DNA from: a virus
Virus record (IMG/VR): IMGVR_UViG_3300034092_002634
Span: 18,653 to 82,652 of that record
Strand: one strand, 5' to 3'
Length of the DNA stretch: 64,000 bases
The notes below the pieces were generated by a model, which saw only the letters and a program-made list of their open reading frames with translations, had not been told where the DNA came from and made no database searches. Position 1 is the first letter of the stretch. Each line of letters starts with the position of its first letter. Shown here one piece after another: positions 27,179-37,498 of this stretch. Both the position numbers and the translations under genes were made by a program.

Positions 27179-28611
27179 TTATGAATAAATCCTTTTCAAG
27201 TAAAGCCGTGGCGGGTTTTTCGCCAAATCCAATTTTTACTTACAATTTAAATGTAGTAGGTTACTACGATCCACTTAATCAACCGTTCGATAATACGAAG
27301 CGGTATACGTATCACGAAATGATTGTTTTTTGTCGGTACTTTTATGAGCGAGACACAATCGCACGTACGGTTATTAACCGACTAGTCAATCTAGGCGTCA
27401 CTAAACTTCGAAATAAGAAAACAAGTGATGACGTTAACGCCCTATTTTTTGATGCAGTAGCCGAAAAAATACAACCTTTTCTGAAGCTAATGGCGACTGA
27501 GTATTTTGTACACGGTTTAGTTGTCCCAGGGATTACTTACAAAACAATTATGATGAATAAACTTAATCCAGCACTCGGTCGAAAAAGAGTAGAAGTACCG
27601 GACGAGATGTGGGTGCGGAACGTAGCAAATATTAAACTGCGTAAGCGGCCAACCGGTATGCAACGTGGGATTTACTTACAAATACCTGAAGAGGAAGCTA
27701 CCTTTATCCAGCATAAGGGAAAGCGCTTAGACGGTACAGACGACACGGAAGCATACAAAGAGTTACTTCGACAATCACCTGAATATGTACGCGCTGTGCA
27801 GAACGGCCAGCGTATATTCCCGCTTACCGATAGTAGAGCTATTTACGGAGATTTGACTTCGTACACAGACTATCCAGTACCTTATCTTCAAAATGCGCTT
27901 TCGGCCATGCAGCACAAAGAATACTTGAAAATAATGGACCGCACGATTGTCTCCAGATCTATTGAGCTTCTGCGGCAGGTTAAGATAGGCAGCGACGAGT
28001 ATCCGGCTACCGACGATGACATCGAGGCCACTCAAAAGGCAATCGCGCAGGCATCGGCATCGGGAGATCGAGTTTTTAATTTATTTACCAATCACACGGT
28101 AGATATCCAATGGGTGCTACCGCCACTTGACGCGTTGCTTAATGAATCTAAGTATGCGGAACCAAACGCAGACATTTTTCTCGCTATGGGTTTTCCCCGT
28201 ATTCTTACAGTCGGCGAATCTCTGCGTAGTAACTCTTCAGATAGCCGAATAGCTACCTTAGGTCCGATGTCAACACTTACGGAAGTTCGCGAACGCATTC
28301 TGAGTTGGATTGAGTGGTTCTACGAAGATCTTGCCGAAAGAAATAACATGGCAACCTGGCCCAAACCTTACTTCAGTCCAATTCAATTTCAGGACATGAC
28401 CGCTCTAACCCAATTTGCTATTCAAGCTCAGCAGATTGGCGCTATTAGCAAGGATACAATCTCCCAACTTTACGGGACGACTTACGAGGAAGAGCAGCAA
28501 AAAATAAGTTTTGAGGTACAAGCTGATGACACAAATCAACAAGAACCCGGAACACCAGAAGAACCTGGTAATGTCCCCGGGACAAGGGTACAGCCTCCGG
28601 AAGAGCAATGA
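27175..28611 (+). CDS. Portal protein
   Basis: 478 aa directly after TerL; portal-like pattern. Confidence 0.75.
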   Translation: MIMNKSFSSKAVAGFSPNPIFTYNLNVVGYYDPLNQPFDNTKRYTYHEMIVFCRYFYERDTIARTVINRLVNLGVTKLRNKKTSDDVNALFFDAVAEKIQPFLKLMATEYFVHGLVVPGITYKTIMMNKLNPALGRKRVEVPDEMWVRNVANIKLRKRPTGMQRGIYLQIPEEEATFIQHKGKRLDGTDDTEAYKELLRQSPEYVRAVQNGQRIFPLTDSRAIYGDLTSYTDYPVPYLQNALSAMQHKEYLKIMDRTIVSRSIELLRQVKIGSDEYPATDDDIEATQKAIAQASASGDRVFNLFTNHTVDIQWVLPPLDALLNESKYAEPNADIFLAMGFPRILTVGESLRSNSSDSRIATLGPMSTLTEVRERILSWIEWFYEDLAERNNMATWPKPYFSPIQFQDMTALTQFAIQAQQIGAISKDTISQLYGTTYEEEQQKISFEVQADDTNQQEPGTPEEPGNVPGTRVQPPEEQ

Positions 28612-29239
28612 TCCCTACAAATCGTTTGTTGTGCACACCACGAACGGTGCACCGAATTCACGCAGCCTGGCTGAGCTTTCCTTTCTTGTCAAATCCCCTA
28701 ACGTGTCTGCTCATTACTTAGTTGGAAAAGACGGCACCATTTATCAAATACTGGCGCCAGAAAACTATGTAGCATGGCATGCAGGTGAGGTTAGTAAGGA
28801 CGCATACAGTAATTTTAGTTCAATAGGTGTGGAAGTGCATTTTACTCCTAAAGAAATTAGTTGGAACGGGTTTATGTACGCGGGGTTAACACGTTTAGCA
28901 CGCGTTTATTCCAATCTCGAGATGGTGACACATCGATTTATTGCTCGCCCGGCCGGTAGAAAAATTGATCCTTCCGGATTTACAGACGCACAGTTTAAGC
29001 AGTGGTCATCTAACTTAAACAAGGAATATCGATTAGCCAAACTGACTGTTAACTGCAATGTACGAAGCCGGGCAGAATTTGGTAACAATATTATTGGAGT
29101 TTATCCGAAAGGCTCGGTTGTTGTTGTAGACAAGAATCCAACTGAAGGGGCAAGTTACAATAACAACAATTTGTGGTATAATGCTAACTGGGCTGGATAC
29201 ATACACGCATCTCTAATTGAATTAGGAGAAACTGTATGA
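28526..29239 (+). CDS. Endolysin: N-acetylmuramoyl-L-alanine amidase (Amidase_2) with SH3b-like C-terminus
   Basis: VVHTT, SAHYLV, AWHAG, SIGVE, THR, KIDP; C-terminal NVRS...GYIHASL. Confidence 0.88.
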   Translation: MTQINKNPEHQKNLVMSPGQGYSLRKSNDPYKSFVVHTTNGAPNSRSLAELSFLVKSPNVSAHYLVGKDGTIYQILAPENYVAWHAGEVSKDAYSNFSSIGVEVHFTPKEISWNGFMYAGLTRLARVYSNLEMVTHRFIARPAGRKIDPSGFTDAQFKQWSSNLNKEYRLAKLTVNCNVRSRAEFGNNIIGVYPKGSVVVVDKNPTEGASYNNNNLWYNANWAGYIHASLIELGETV

Positions 29240-29562
29240 GCGAAGAAAGCACAATGCCTGCAATTGTTAGCGCACTTGTAACGCTGCTTCTCGCCTGGGT
29301 TGGCTTTAAGAAAAGCAGTCAGGACGCAAACACAAAGTTTCAAGAAAGCTTACTCTCTCGTATAGAGTCGCTTGAAAATGATAACGAGTCTCTTCGGAAA
29401 AAGAACGAAGAACTACTTAGCGACAATCTGCAAGAGCGCCAAAAACAAATGGAACTTGAGCAGAAGATACAGCAGATGGAGCACGAAAAATTACGAATGC
29501 TCGATCGTATTCAAGACTTGGAGATGAAAGTTAAGAATCTTATTGACTCGCGAACGAGTTAA
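29236..29562 (+). CDS. Membrane-anchored coiled-coil lysis-associated protein
   Basis: N-terminal TM helix plus coiled coil, next to endolysin. Confidence 0.5.
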   Translation: MSEESTMPAIVSALVTLLLAWVGFKKSSQDANTKFQESLLSRIESLENDNESLRKKNEELLSDNLQERQKQMELEQKIQQMEHEKLRMLDRIQDLEMKVKNLIDSRTS

Positions 29563-29615
29563 TTAGTTCAATTTTCACTTAAGTATATTTTATTCGGTTA
29601 TAGGAGAACATCTTT

Positions 29616-30053
29616 ATGGAATCTCAATCAATGGAAAACCTGTACACAGTTCTTATCGGTATTGTCATCCCTGTGTTTGTTTCGCGGCTTAAGAAGACAT
29701 CCTGGTCCAGTCAGTTTAAGTTTTTGGTGGCTTTTCTGTTTTCAATTGCAGCTTCTGCGGTTGTACCAATGGCTCAGCTTTTGGCAGTCGGTACATTTGA
29801 CTTCGGTAACTTGCTTACGTCGCTCACTGTGATTTTTACAACTTCTCAGGTTGTGTATCAAGGTGTATTTAAGATGCTGCATGCCGAGGAGATTGTTAAT
29901 CCGCAGGCGGCACTTCTTTCACTGATTAAGGAAGAGGTTTCAATGTACATTGACACCCTTGATGAGCGCGACGTTAAAAATGTGCTTAATCCGGCTACTT
30001 CGGCTTCGCTGGAGATTGACATTAAGCAAGTCGACGATTCAGAAGACGCGTAA
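29616..30053 (+). CDS. Holin-like membrane protein
   Basis: Three hydrophobic segments, in lysis cassette. Confidence 0.6.
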   Translation: MESQSMENLYTVLIGIVIPVFVSRLKKTSWSSQFKFLVAFLFSIAASAVVPMAQLLAVGTFDFGNLLTSLTVIFTTSQVVYQGVFKMLHAEEIVNPQAALLSLIKEEVSMYIDTLDERDVKNVLNPATSASLEIDIKQVDDSEDA

Positions 30054-30149
30054 ACACGACAGACAACGACAAAGTGATCTGAGGCACGTTCCGCATAGCT
30101 AGTTGCTTTGCTTTTACCGCTGTGATATACTCCGTTAATAGGAGGTGAC

Positions 30150-30341
30150 ATGGACTACTCAAAAGCGTGGTTGGTGACGAAGCGAGATGGAACACAGTGT
30201 GTGATGAGGACTTTCTCCCCATCAGCGACTCTGTATAATGCGGATGGTTCTCTGGCAAAAGAAGTATCTGAGGAAGAAGCAAAAGCACCAAAAGCAAAAA
30301 AGCGAGGGCGGCCCAGGAAGGACAAGGATAATGGTGCTTAA
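30150..30341 (+). CDS. Small AT-hook protein
   Basis: GGAGG RBS; KKRGRPRK. Confidence 0.55.
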   Translation: MDYSKAWLVTKRDGTQCVMRTFSPSATLYNADGSLAKEVSEEEAKAPKAKKRGRPRKDKDNGA

Positions 30342-30762
30342 ACTACTAACAATAATTACACTGGCCTGCAGCATGGAATGCTCAACAATTGAGGTAACCC
30401 CGCAGGCGGCCGCGATAGCCGCCTGCGAGTCAGGAAACACAAAAACTCTGGGCAGCGTGTCGTGGAGAGCTTCAAACTTTAACGACAACGGCACAGTCGA
30501 CACCGGTGCGTTTCAATTCAACTCCTACTGGATGTGGAATTTGGAAAAACCGTGGATGCTGAAAAAAGCGTTCGGTGAGCAATGGGAAGATGTGATCTGG
30601 GAATACAGGTCTGCCGGATCGGCCCCTGAGCATATTCAGTATGAAATGTTCAGATCTGTCTGGAACGACGGTAAAGGGTGGAAGCATTGGAAGGCATCGC
30701 AGAAGTGTTGGTCACAGTGGATGTACATAAATTCGGACGGTATTGCAACATGGAGGGATTGA
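30331..30762 (+). CDS. Secreted lytic transglycosylase/Rpf-like protein
   Basis: Signal-like N-terminus, IAACESG catalytic Glu, GAFQFN, GWKHW. Confidence 0.7.
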   Translation: MVLKLLTIITLACSMECSTIEVTPQAAAIAACESGNTKTLGSVSWRASNFNDNGTVDTGAFQFNSYWMWNLEKPWMLKKAFGEQWEDVIWEYRSAGSAPEHIQYEMFRSVWNDGKGWKHWKASQKCWSQWMYINSDGIATWRD

Positions 30763-31533
30763 GTGAAGATACGGTACTGCATACTTACTCTTAATCAGTT
30801 TGAATGGGTAGTGGACCAACACTTACCCAGTCTGGATCCGTCACTAATTGACGGCGTGCACATTCACATTAGTGAGGTAGGTGCACTGACGTACAACAAC
30901 GCGGAGATTGCCGATCCCTTCGATGTTCCCGAGTTGATTACACAGATGAACAGGTTCTCGGAATGTAAAGTCTCTGTGTCTTTAAACAACTTGGGAGTTG
31001 CTAATGGATGGAATCATTTTATCAAAGAAGCAGCACGCGACGGTTTTGACGCAGTTGTTGTCGCTAACGATGACATTATTCTTTATCCCGGCGTACTTGA
31101 TCGATTTGTAGAGCAGATGAGAGAGCACGACTTTGTGTGCTTTTCCGGTCAGAACGCGTTTTCTTTCTACGGTATGCACACACGTCTTTTTGAAAAGGTG
31201 GGGGAGTTTGATGAGAACTTTTGGCCAGCTTATTTTGAAGACAACGACTATCACTATCGAATGAAGTTAATGGGTTTGCCTACTGCTTACGTAGAAGATC
31301 CTTCCTACTTTCATCGTGTAAGCGCCACGCTTACGGCTTTTGATTTTCAGCGGAAGATGATGCATCATCACAACTTCCGAAAGAACACAGAGTACTTTGT
31401 AAGAAAATGGGGAGGAATGCCGCATGAAGAAACCTACACAATCCCCTTTGGTTATCAAGACGCTGATAACTCTGAAAGCGAATTTGCTCAAGCAGCCTTT
31501 GACCGATTTAAATCGTCTTCTGCTGAAGATTGA
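30763..31533 (+). CDS. Glycosyltransferase family 2
   Basis: NLGVANGWN, NDDI, GEFDENFWPAYFEDNDY. Confidence 0.85.
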   Translation: MKIRYCILTLNQFEWVVDQHLPSLDPSLIDGVHIHISEVGALTYNNAEIADPFDVPELITQMNRFSECKVSVSLNNLGVANGWNHFIKEAARDGFDAVVVANDDIILYPGVLDRFVEQMREHDFVCFSGQNAFSFYGMHTRLFEKVGEFDENFWPAYFEDNDYHYRMKLMGLPTAYVEDPSYFHRVSATLTAFDFQRKMMHHHNFRKNTEYFVRKWGGMPHEETYTIPFGYQDADNSESEFAQAAFDRFKSSSAED

Positions 31534-31706
31534 AAGATCGCTAGGAAGTGTTGGATTCACCACAGTTTCCGATAATACGCTTATTTGGCAAATTTATGCG
31601 GATAACTATGATAAAAACCTGTGGGATACAGTTTCTTTAGGAAACGACGTCGAAGTTTATGTACAGCAGATCGATCGAGTTTGGTAAATTAGCTAAGGAG
31701 ACTACT

Positions 31707-31964
31707 ATGAGTAACGTCTACTACGAAGAAATTCCGGGAACTCCTTTTGGTGTTTTGGTACTACCTGATATTTCCGGTGGTTACCGCTGGTTTATTGCTC
31801 AGGGGGATGTAGATTTGTCAGACAATGAGTTTATTATGGAATGTCAGGAAACCTACAGCACCCCGTATGAGGCAGTTGAGGCAGCGCTTAAAGAAGCAGC
31901 TGCGGGATACGCTCGGTGGTCCGGAATCTTTGAGACTAAGCTTAAAGAATGGGTCTCTAACTAA
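31707..31964 (+). CDS. Hypothetical protein
   Basis: AAGGAG RBS before MSNVYY. Confidence 0.55.
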   Translation: MSNVYYEEIPGTPFGVLVLPDISGGYRWFIAQGDVDLSDNEFIMECQETYSTPYEAVEAALKEAAAGYARWSGIFETKLKEWVSN

Positions 31965-31974
31965 TAGGTAAGGG

Positions 31975-32011
31975 AAGAGGGTGTAGCTGCATAAGCTACA
32001 CCCTCTTTTTT
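31975..32011. terminator. Terminator between convergent genes
   Basis: AGAGGGTGTAGCT/AGCTACACCCTCT stem followed by a T run. Confidence 0.8.
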
Positions 32012-32354
32012 AGTTTGGATGTTCGGCAGTAACTAAATAAACATCCTCAGCAAGCACTGCTTTAAGCTTTTTCTGAATGCTCTCGCGGTTGCCCCAATAC
32101 TTTAAAGCAATCCTTGCGGATTCTTCGTCGTACAAAATAACTTTAAATACGTTCAGCGGGTCGTTAAATAAAACGTATTCAGCGAGTACCGGCAAAATGT
32201 CAATCTTCCAATGTTGAGGCAGTCCTGGTGCCGTAAAACTAGCGGTCCAGCCAGGAAACGCCCAGTTCTGCGAATCGGCTTTCGACAGCTTGTCAGTCAA
32301 AAAAAGTGTACGTTCGAGCGGTATGATCAAAGTAGACTCAAAATAATCAGTCAT
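32010..32354 (-). CDS. Hypothetical protein
   Basis: ORF with GGGGG RBS. Confidence 0.55.
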   Translation of the reverse strand: MTDYFESTLIIPLERTLFLTDKLSKADSQNWAFPGWTASFTAPGLPQHWKIDILPVLAEYVLFNDPLNVFKVILYDEESARIALKYWGNRESIQKKLKAVLAEDVYLVTAEHPN

Positions 32355-32401
32355 ATTTCCCCCCTTTCCGGTAACTCCGGTATTCTTTAGTATAGCACGA
32401 C

Positions 32402-32430
32402 TTGATTTTATTGTAGGATTGACGTATTAT
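32402..32430 (+). promoter_or_regulatory. Sigma70-type promoter
   Basis: TTGATT-N17-TATTAT upstream of the 32472 ORF. Confidence 0.5.
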
Positions 32431-32471
32431 CTTATTGGTTAACTTGCGCGTTTTGCACAAAGGAGTAAGTA

Positions 32472-33937
32472 ATGCAGTTTGATCAGAATCTGCCAAACCC
32501 ATGGCCCGACGATTTGTACTGGTTTGACCTGTACGATCGGTTCCCTTTACTCGTCAGGTACAGAAGTTTTTACTCGACTGACTTTCAAAGTAGAGAGGAC
32601 AACGTGCAAGTATGGTATTACGGTAAGTATGCCAGTATGGATGCAACTCCGGAAAATCATATTGACGTAGTGAATCGACTTCTGGTACACTTGGAAGCGA
32701 GTGAATTCTTACAGTGAGGTGTTTTATGGAAGAGAATGTATTGCCACAGGGCGAAGTACGGATTGAATATCCGTTTCCATCCTGCCCGTTGGGATTCGCG
32801 CTATTTACTCACGCGGTAAACAGCTATGAATTGTGTCTTGTTGAAGTCATAACCACGCAGATCTTGCTACGAATTGGCACTTTCGAAACGATAGCCGAGG
32901 TGCAAGAAGAATACAGGAACTTTGTCGACACGTTTGCAGTTTCTATGCGCCAGATTGATTGGAACGATTAAGGCGATTACGCTGAAAGGAACAGGAATGA
33001 CGTACTATTCTTCAGTTCGGGAAAAAGGAGTGTGGGTAGCATGGGGTTTCTACGATCAAGCACCTTCCAGCATCTTCACGTTTCTTGAGGAGACCGTCCG
33101 CACCTCGACAGTGTTTCGCATGTCTGGTGTTGTCAAAGTGTGGTGTGTGGGTCACAAGCACAGGCAGCATTTGGCGTTGGTGCTCTGCTCGAATCCTGAG
33201 GTTGCTCGCGACTACAAATATTGCGTATTCTGGTGGAACGAGGAGAATCGTTCAAGCATTGACGGTATGGTTTTGCCTGAGTGCGAGAACAACGCGCAAG
33301 CCTTTTACCGAATCGGTATGTGCGAGCACAGAGAACCGATTACACAAGTGTACGAAGGCACATCGGTTGGCGAACATGTTGTAGTTTGGTACCGCTGGAC
33401 ATCCGAGAAGGAGCTTGCAAGCTATGAATGAATTTACATTAGAATGGGTACAGGTGAGTCCTATTGACTCACCTCTCCTTTTTGGATCGACACAACTTGA
33501 GCGGTACAAGCTTATGTACGGTTTTATGCCTCGAAACATTGAGTTGGTTTTCTGGCATCATGATGGCGAGATTCAGAATTTTATTGTTCCACTTGAGGAC
33601 AAGGAAGACTCTTACACAATCGAGCTCAGTGTTACACGGTTTGACGATTATAACCTGCTTATTAGCCGCACTGACACCAAGGATCTGGCATCTGCTCGGG
33701 CCTGTGTCGACTTCTACAAGAAACTCTGCACGCGAGGACTAGACGATGAATTTGAATAGATATGATACAATAAAAGAGCCACACAGTGGCCGCTCGAAAA
33801 TTTTTGAATGGTATAGGAGTTTACGTATGGAGCATCTTGTTGGACTGATTATGAGTGGCGTTTTTATTGTTCTTGTTGTTTCTAGCGCGTGGTACATGCT
33901 CACACTCTCCGAGCGCGGAGAGTCTGTTGATGAGTAA
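32472..33937 (+). CDS. Run of five small hypothetical ORFs (32472-32717, 32714-32971, ~32997-33431, ~33424-33759, 33746-33937)
   Basis: Overlapping/coupled ORFs with RBSs; no recognisable motifs. Confidence 0.5.
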
Positions 33938-35324
33938 TGAAGATATTCCAGCATTTTTAGGTATTATGCCACGGTGGGTTGTCTATCAACTTCACACAGC
34001 GGATCACCAGATTGACGACTTGTTCGAGGTTGTTTTGGACTTGGGACGTGTTCCCGAGGCACGCTACCGAAACGCAACAATTCTTTTAGGCGACCGGGAG
34101 GTCACTGACTGGGATCTTGAAGAGTCGGTTAAAATGCTGAAGTTCGGTGAAGACAACCGTGCAGGCCTTCCCCGCATGCTTCACCGCATTTCAGCTATTC
34201 GCAGCCGCTCTGGCAAGATTGTGGGTCTTACGTGTCGATTTGGGCGAGCTATTACCGGTACGATCTCCCTGATTGAGGACTTGGTGGCATCTGGCAAGAG
34301 CGTGCTCATTCTTGGCCGCCCCGGTGTTGGTAAGACAACCATGCTTCGCGAGACCGCCCGTGTGTTGGCCGACGAGATGAAGAAGCGTGTCATTATTGTC
34401 GACACGTCGAACGAAATCGCAGGTGATGGGGATATTGCACATGATGGCATTGGTCGCGCTCGCCGTATGCAGGTGCAGCGCCCAAGCGAACAGCACGCAG
34501 TCATGATTGAGGCAGTGGAAAACCACATGCCTGAGGTTATCATCATTGATGAGATTGGCACTGAACTGGAAGCGCTGGCCTCGCGTACCATTGCTGAACG
34601 CGGTGTTCAACTCATCGGTACGGCTCACGGTCAGTTACTCGAGAACCTCATGGCCAATCCGACGTTGTCGGATCTGGTGGGTGGTATCCAAAGCGTCACT
34701 CTTGGGGACGAGGAAGCTCGTCGTCGGGGCACGCAGAAGACCGTTCTCGAGCGTAAGCAACCACCGACGTTCGATGTCCTTATCGAGATCCGTAGCTGGG
34801 ATGAAGTCCTTGTCTATGACAACGTGGGTGAGGCAGTCGATTCCTTGCTTGCTGGCGAGGCTCCAGAGGGCGAGCAGCGCACAAGGGGTACCGATGGTAC
34901 CATTACGGTAGAACGCGTCGTCTCAGAGGCAGCTGAGGGCCTAGCTGGGCAATCTGCGCAAAGCGTTCGTCGAGCACACAACAAGGCGCCTACCGCGAAA
35001 GGTCAGCGTCAGCGGGGAGACGGTCTTTCCGAGGTTACCAGCTTTCCCAAGATCAAGACTGTACCGGTGACGCAGCGCATCTACGCGTTTGGCTTGAACC
35101 GGAACAAGTTGGAGAAGGCGATTCAAGTGACTGGCGTACCTGCTACAATTGTGCACGACATCGAGGAGGCCACGATGATCTTTACGCTGAAGAGCTATTA
35201 TCGTCAGGGCTCGACTCGGCTTCGCGGGGCACGGCAAAAGAACATTCCGGTGCACGCGTTGCGTTCTCCGAGTGTGAATCAGATTGAACAGTCTCTGCGT
35301 AAGGTATTTCAGATAGAGTACTAA
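33930..35324 (+). CDS. Ycf45/SpoIIIAA-like AAA ATPase lacking the R3H domain
   Basis: EVVLDLGRVPEAR, GRPGVGKTT, VDTSNEIAGDGD, EAVENHMPEVIIIDEIG, GTAHG. Confidence 0.9.
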   Translation: MSNEDIPAFLGIMPRWVVYQLHTADHQIDDLFEVVLDLGRVPEARYRNATILLGDREVTDWDLEESVKMLKFGEDNRAGLPRMLHRISAIRSRSGKIVGLTCRFGRAITGTISLIEDLVASGKSVLILGRPGVGKTTMLRETARVLADEMKKRVIIVDTSNEIAGDGDIAHDGIGRARRMQVQRPSEQHAVMIEAVENHMPEVIIIDEIGTELEALASRTIAERGVQLIGTAHGQLLENLMANPTLSDLVGGIQSVTLGDEEARRRGTQKTVLERKQPPTFDVLIEIRSWDEVLVYDNVGEAVDSLLAGEAPEGEQRTRGTDGTITVERVVSEAAEGLAGQSAQSVRRAHNKAPTAKGQRQRGDGLSEVTSFPKIKTVPVTQRIYAFGLNRNKLEKAIQVTGVPATIVHDIEEATMIFTLKSYYRQGSTRLRGARQKNIPVHALRSPSVNQIEQSLRKVFQIEY

Positions 35325-35335
35325 GGAGAATAGCT

Positions 35336-35653
35336 ATGTATGTAAACAAAGTAGCGGAATCAGTCGAACTGTTTGAACGGGTGCAGCATGCGGTCCAGAA
35401 TCCGCGTTCGACGACGATTGTGATGTCGAAGCCGGTGTACATGTCTACCTTGGTGTACCCACTGTACAATTATGCAACTGTGCACGTGGGTACACTCCTT
35501 CAGATTTACATACATAGCATTCGCCGGGCTGAGAAGGTGTATTTTGGCCTGATCAGTTTTGAGGATGTTGACCTCTTGCTGTTCAAGGCACTGAAGGTAT
35601 ACAATCGCGCAGAACTTGTGGAGCGTGAAACTCGTTCTACGCTCCACAAATAG
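35336..35653 (+). CDS. Hypothetical protein
   Basis: AAGGAG RBS. Confidence 0.5.
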   Translation: MYVNKVAESVELFERVQHAVQNPRSTTIVMSKPVYMSTLVYPLYNYATVHVGTLLQIYIHSIRRAEKVYFGLISFEDVDLLLFKALKVYNRAELVERETRSTLHK

Positions 35654-35697
35654 CGTAGAGTAAATCTCACGCTCCGCAAATAATAGGAGACTGTAAA

Positions 35698-36327
35698 ATG
35701 GCAACACTTAACGCGAACTTACCTTACGTAGACGCCTACATCCGTAAGGAATACACGGGGCATACGGAGCACCTCAGTGGGTACATCTTTGGGGTAAAGT
35801 CGTGGCTTAACCGCCCGATGCACTTCCACTTCCTGTCGTCGATCGGGGCGATTTTTTGGAACATGCCAATTTCCGCGTTTGTGCACGACTTGGAATTTGA
35901 TAAACTGTCGGACGTCGAGCAGACACGGCTATCGTTGCTGCAGACATGGGATTGCCAGTCAAACCACATCGCCGTGACGGTGTTTGCATTCTTGCAGAAT
36001 CGTCGTGTCGATGTGCACTGCCGGGACGATGTTTGGCGAAGTGGTATATATCAGTTCACCATTGACGACTATGATGGTGATCTTAACGAGACGCCTCTCG
36101 GGTATGCCAATCACCAGGATAGTAAGTGCTACCAGTTTATTCGCCTGGATGATGGCAACTTTGGCATTCATCCGAACAACTTGTTACGCTGGCACAACCC
36201 TGACTTCATCGTACCGTATGATAAGAACAACAAGCCTCGGCTTCACGTCTACAGCGAGGAGATGTCGAGTGAGGACATCGATCGCACCTATGGCAACAGT
36301 CCGTATTACTTCTACAGCGCCGAGTAA
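35698..36327 (+). CDS. Conserved hypothetical phage protein
   Basis: AGGAG RBS; LNANLP..AYIRKE, MPISAF, WDC, YQFTID, PNN pattern. Confidence 0.6.
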   Translation: MATLNANLPYVDAYIRKEYTGHTEHLSGYIFGVKSWLNRPMHFHFLSSIGAIFWNMPISAFVHDLEFDKLSDVEQTRLSLLQTWDCQSNHIAVTVFAFLQNRRVDVHCRDDVWRSGIYQFTIDDYDGDLNETPLGYANHQDSKCYQFIRLDDGNFGIHPNNLLRWHNPDFIVPYDKNNKPRLHVYSEEMSSEDIDRTYGNSPYYFYSAE

Positions 36328-36336
36328 GGAGAAAGT

Positions 36337-36690
36337 ATGAACACGAACGCACGAACAGAATTCTTGGAGCACGTTGGCAACCGCATCGTGGTCGCCGCCC
36401 GCATGGCACCGACTGACTATGGTATAGAAAGCGACCGCATCGATTTGCAGGAGAAAGTCTATCTTAAGTTTGGTCTTTACCTCCCCGGTGTCGAGGGGCA
36501 AACCGAGTACGAGGAGTTTCTCAGCAAGCTGGAATTCCTCTATTACAACGGGTACGGCCTGCAGTACATGGACGGTGTGATTTGGTACGAGGATGGCAGT
36601 TGGTCGGACCGCGACGAGTACGATGGCGCTGAGTGGTGGGTGCACCGTTCGCGGCCACGCATCCCCGATGAGTGTATGAAGGATCTGTGA
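36337..36690 (+). CDS. Hypothetical phage protein
   Basis: AAGGAG RBS; GVIWYEDGSWSDRDEYDGAEWW. Confidence 0.6.
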   Translation: MNTNARTEFLEHVGNRIVVAARMAPTDYGIESDRIDLQEKVYLKFGLYLPGVEGQTEYEEFLSKLEFLYYNGYGLQYMDGVIWYEDGSWSDRDEYDGAEWWVHRSRPRIPDECMKDL

Positions 36691-36970
36691 TGAGTAAGAT
36701 CGCTATGGCTCTCTTGTGTGCTGTTCTCCTGTCGCTGGCGTTGCGTTTGCTTTATTATGTATTTGACTGGAGGTGGTATTAATGATATGGATAATCTCAT
36801 TATTGCTGTGTTCTTCGGTGTATTACTGGCGTTCGTAGGGCTGATGTGTTACTTCGCACTCGGATGGTCTTGGTTTTAACGAGATCGAGGCTTGCATTTT
36901 GTTTTGAGTTGGTGTAGACTACGTATGTGCTACTAAGCATGTGTTGTTTCCCAGACGACACCACCTGGGA

Positions 36971-37024
36971 CCCCCTCACGTTACGGCAGAACACGTGAGG
37001 GGTTCTTTTTTTTTTATTTTTTTT
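36971..37024 (+). terminator. Strong terminator before early array
   Basis: CCCCTCACGT/ACGTGAGGGG stem followed by a long T tract. Confidence 0.75.
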
Positions 37025-37223
37025 CTGGCGTCTGCTGGCACTCTGGGGCTTTCTAGGGAGCATTGAACATTATGTTCAGTTGTCGAAACGGGTTGATGCT
37101 TTTTGAAATTTTTCAGTATGACAAAGGTATGGAAGGTGTAGGTATGTATAGGGTTTTTGACTACCTACCATCTACTGCTTGTGTAAGTAGTAGTAATCAA
37201 CTGTCTTTGAAAGGACAAACATC

Positions 37224-37388
37224 ATGTCGAGCATCATCATCATCACCGTCGTCGTCATCGTCGTCACCATCGTCGTTATCATCGCTATCCCTCAGTTGAT
37301 CATGAAGGGTGCAAAGACGTCTCATGAGCTGTGGGTTGAGCGCAACAACGAGGCAATCGCTCAGAACAATGCAGCGCGCCGCAAGTAA
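37224..37388 (+). CDS. Small membrane protein (54 aa; not in ORF track)
   Basis: GAAAGGA RBS; MSSIIIITVVVIVVTIVVIIAIPQLIMK...RRK*. Confidence 0.65.
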   Translation: MSSIIIITVVVIVVTIVVIIAIPQLIMKGAKTSHELWVERNNEAIAQNNAARRK

Positions 37389-37390
37389 CC

Positions 37391-37456
37391 ACAGCGAAAC
37401 AATCTACTCAGTAATGAGTAGGTTGTATGCAGTTTATAACTGCACTGACGAGCTGT
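37391..37456 (+). ncRNA. Hammerhead ribozyme, type II
   Basis: ACAGC GAAA CAATCTACTCA gtaa TGAGTAGGTTG TA TGCAGTT tat AACTGCA CTGACGA GCTGT: complete core and three stems; GUA cleavage after 37427. Confidence 0.92.
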
Positions 37457-37498
37457 TCGTTAGTAATCAGTATTGTCTCTTTGAAAGGACAAACAACC

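Noticed and set aside
37230-37290. ATC/GTC trinucleotide microsatellite
   Set aside because: Explained by Ile/Val codons of a transmembrane helix in the 37224-37388 ORF.
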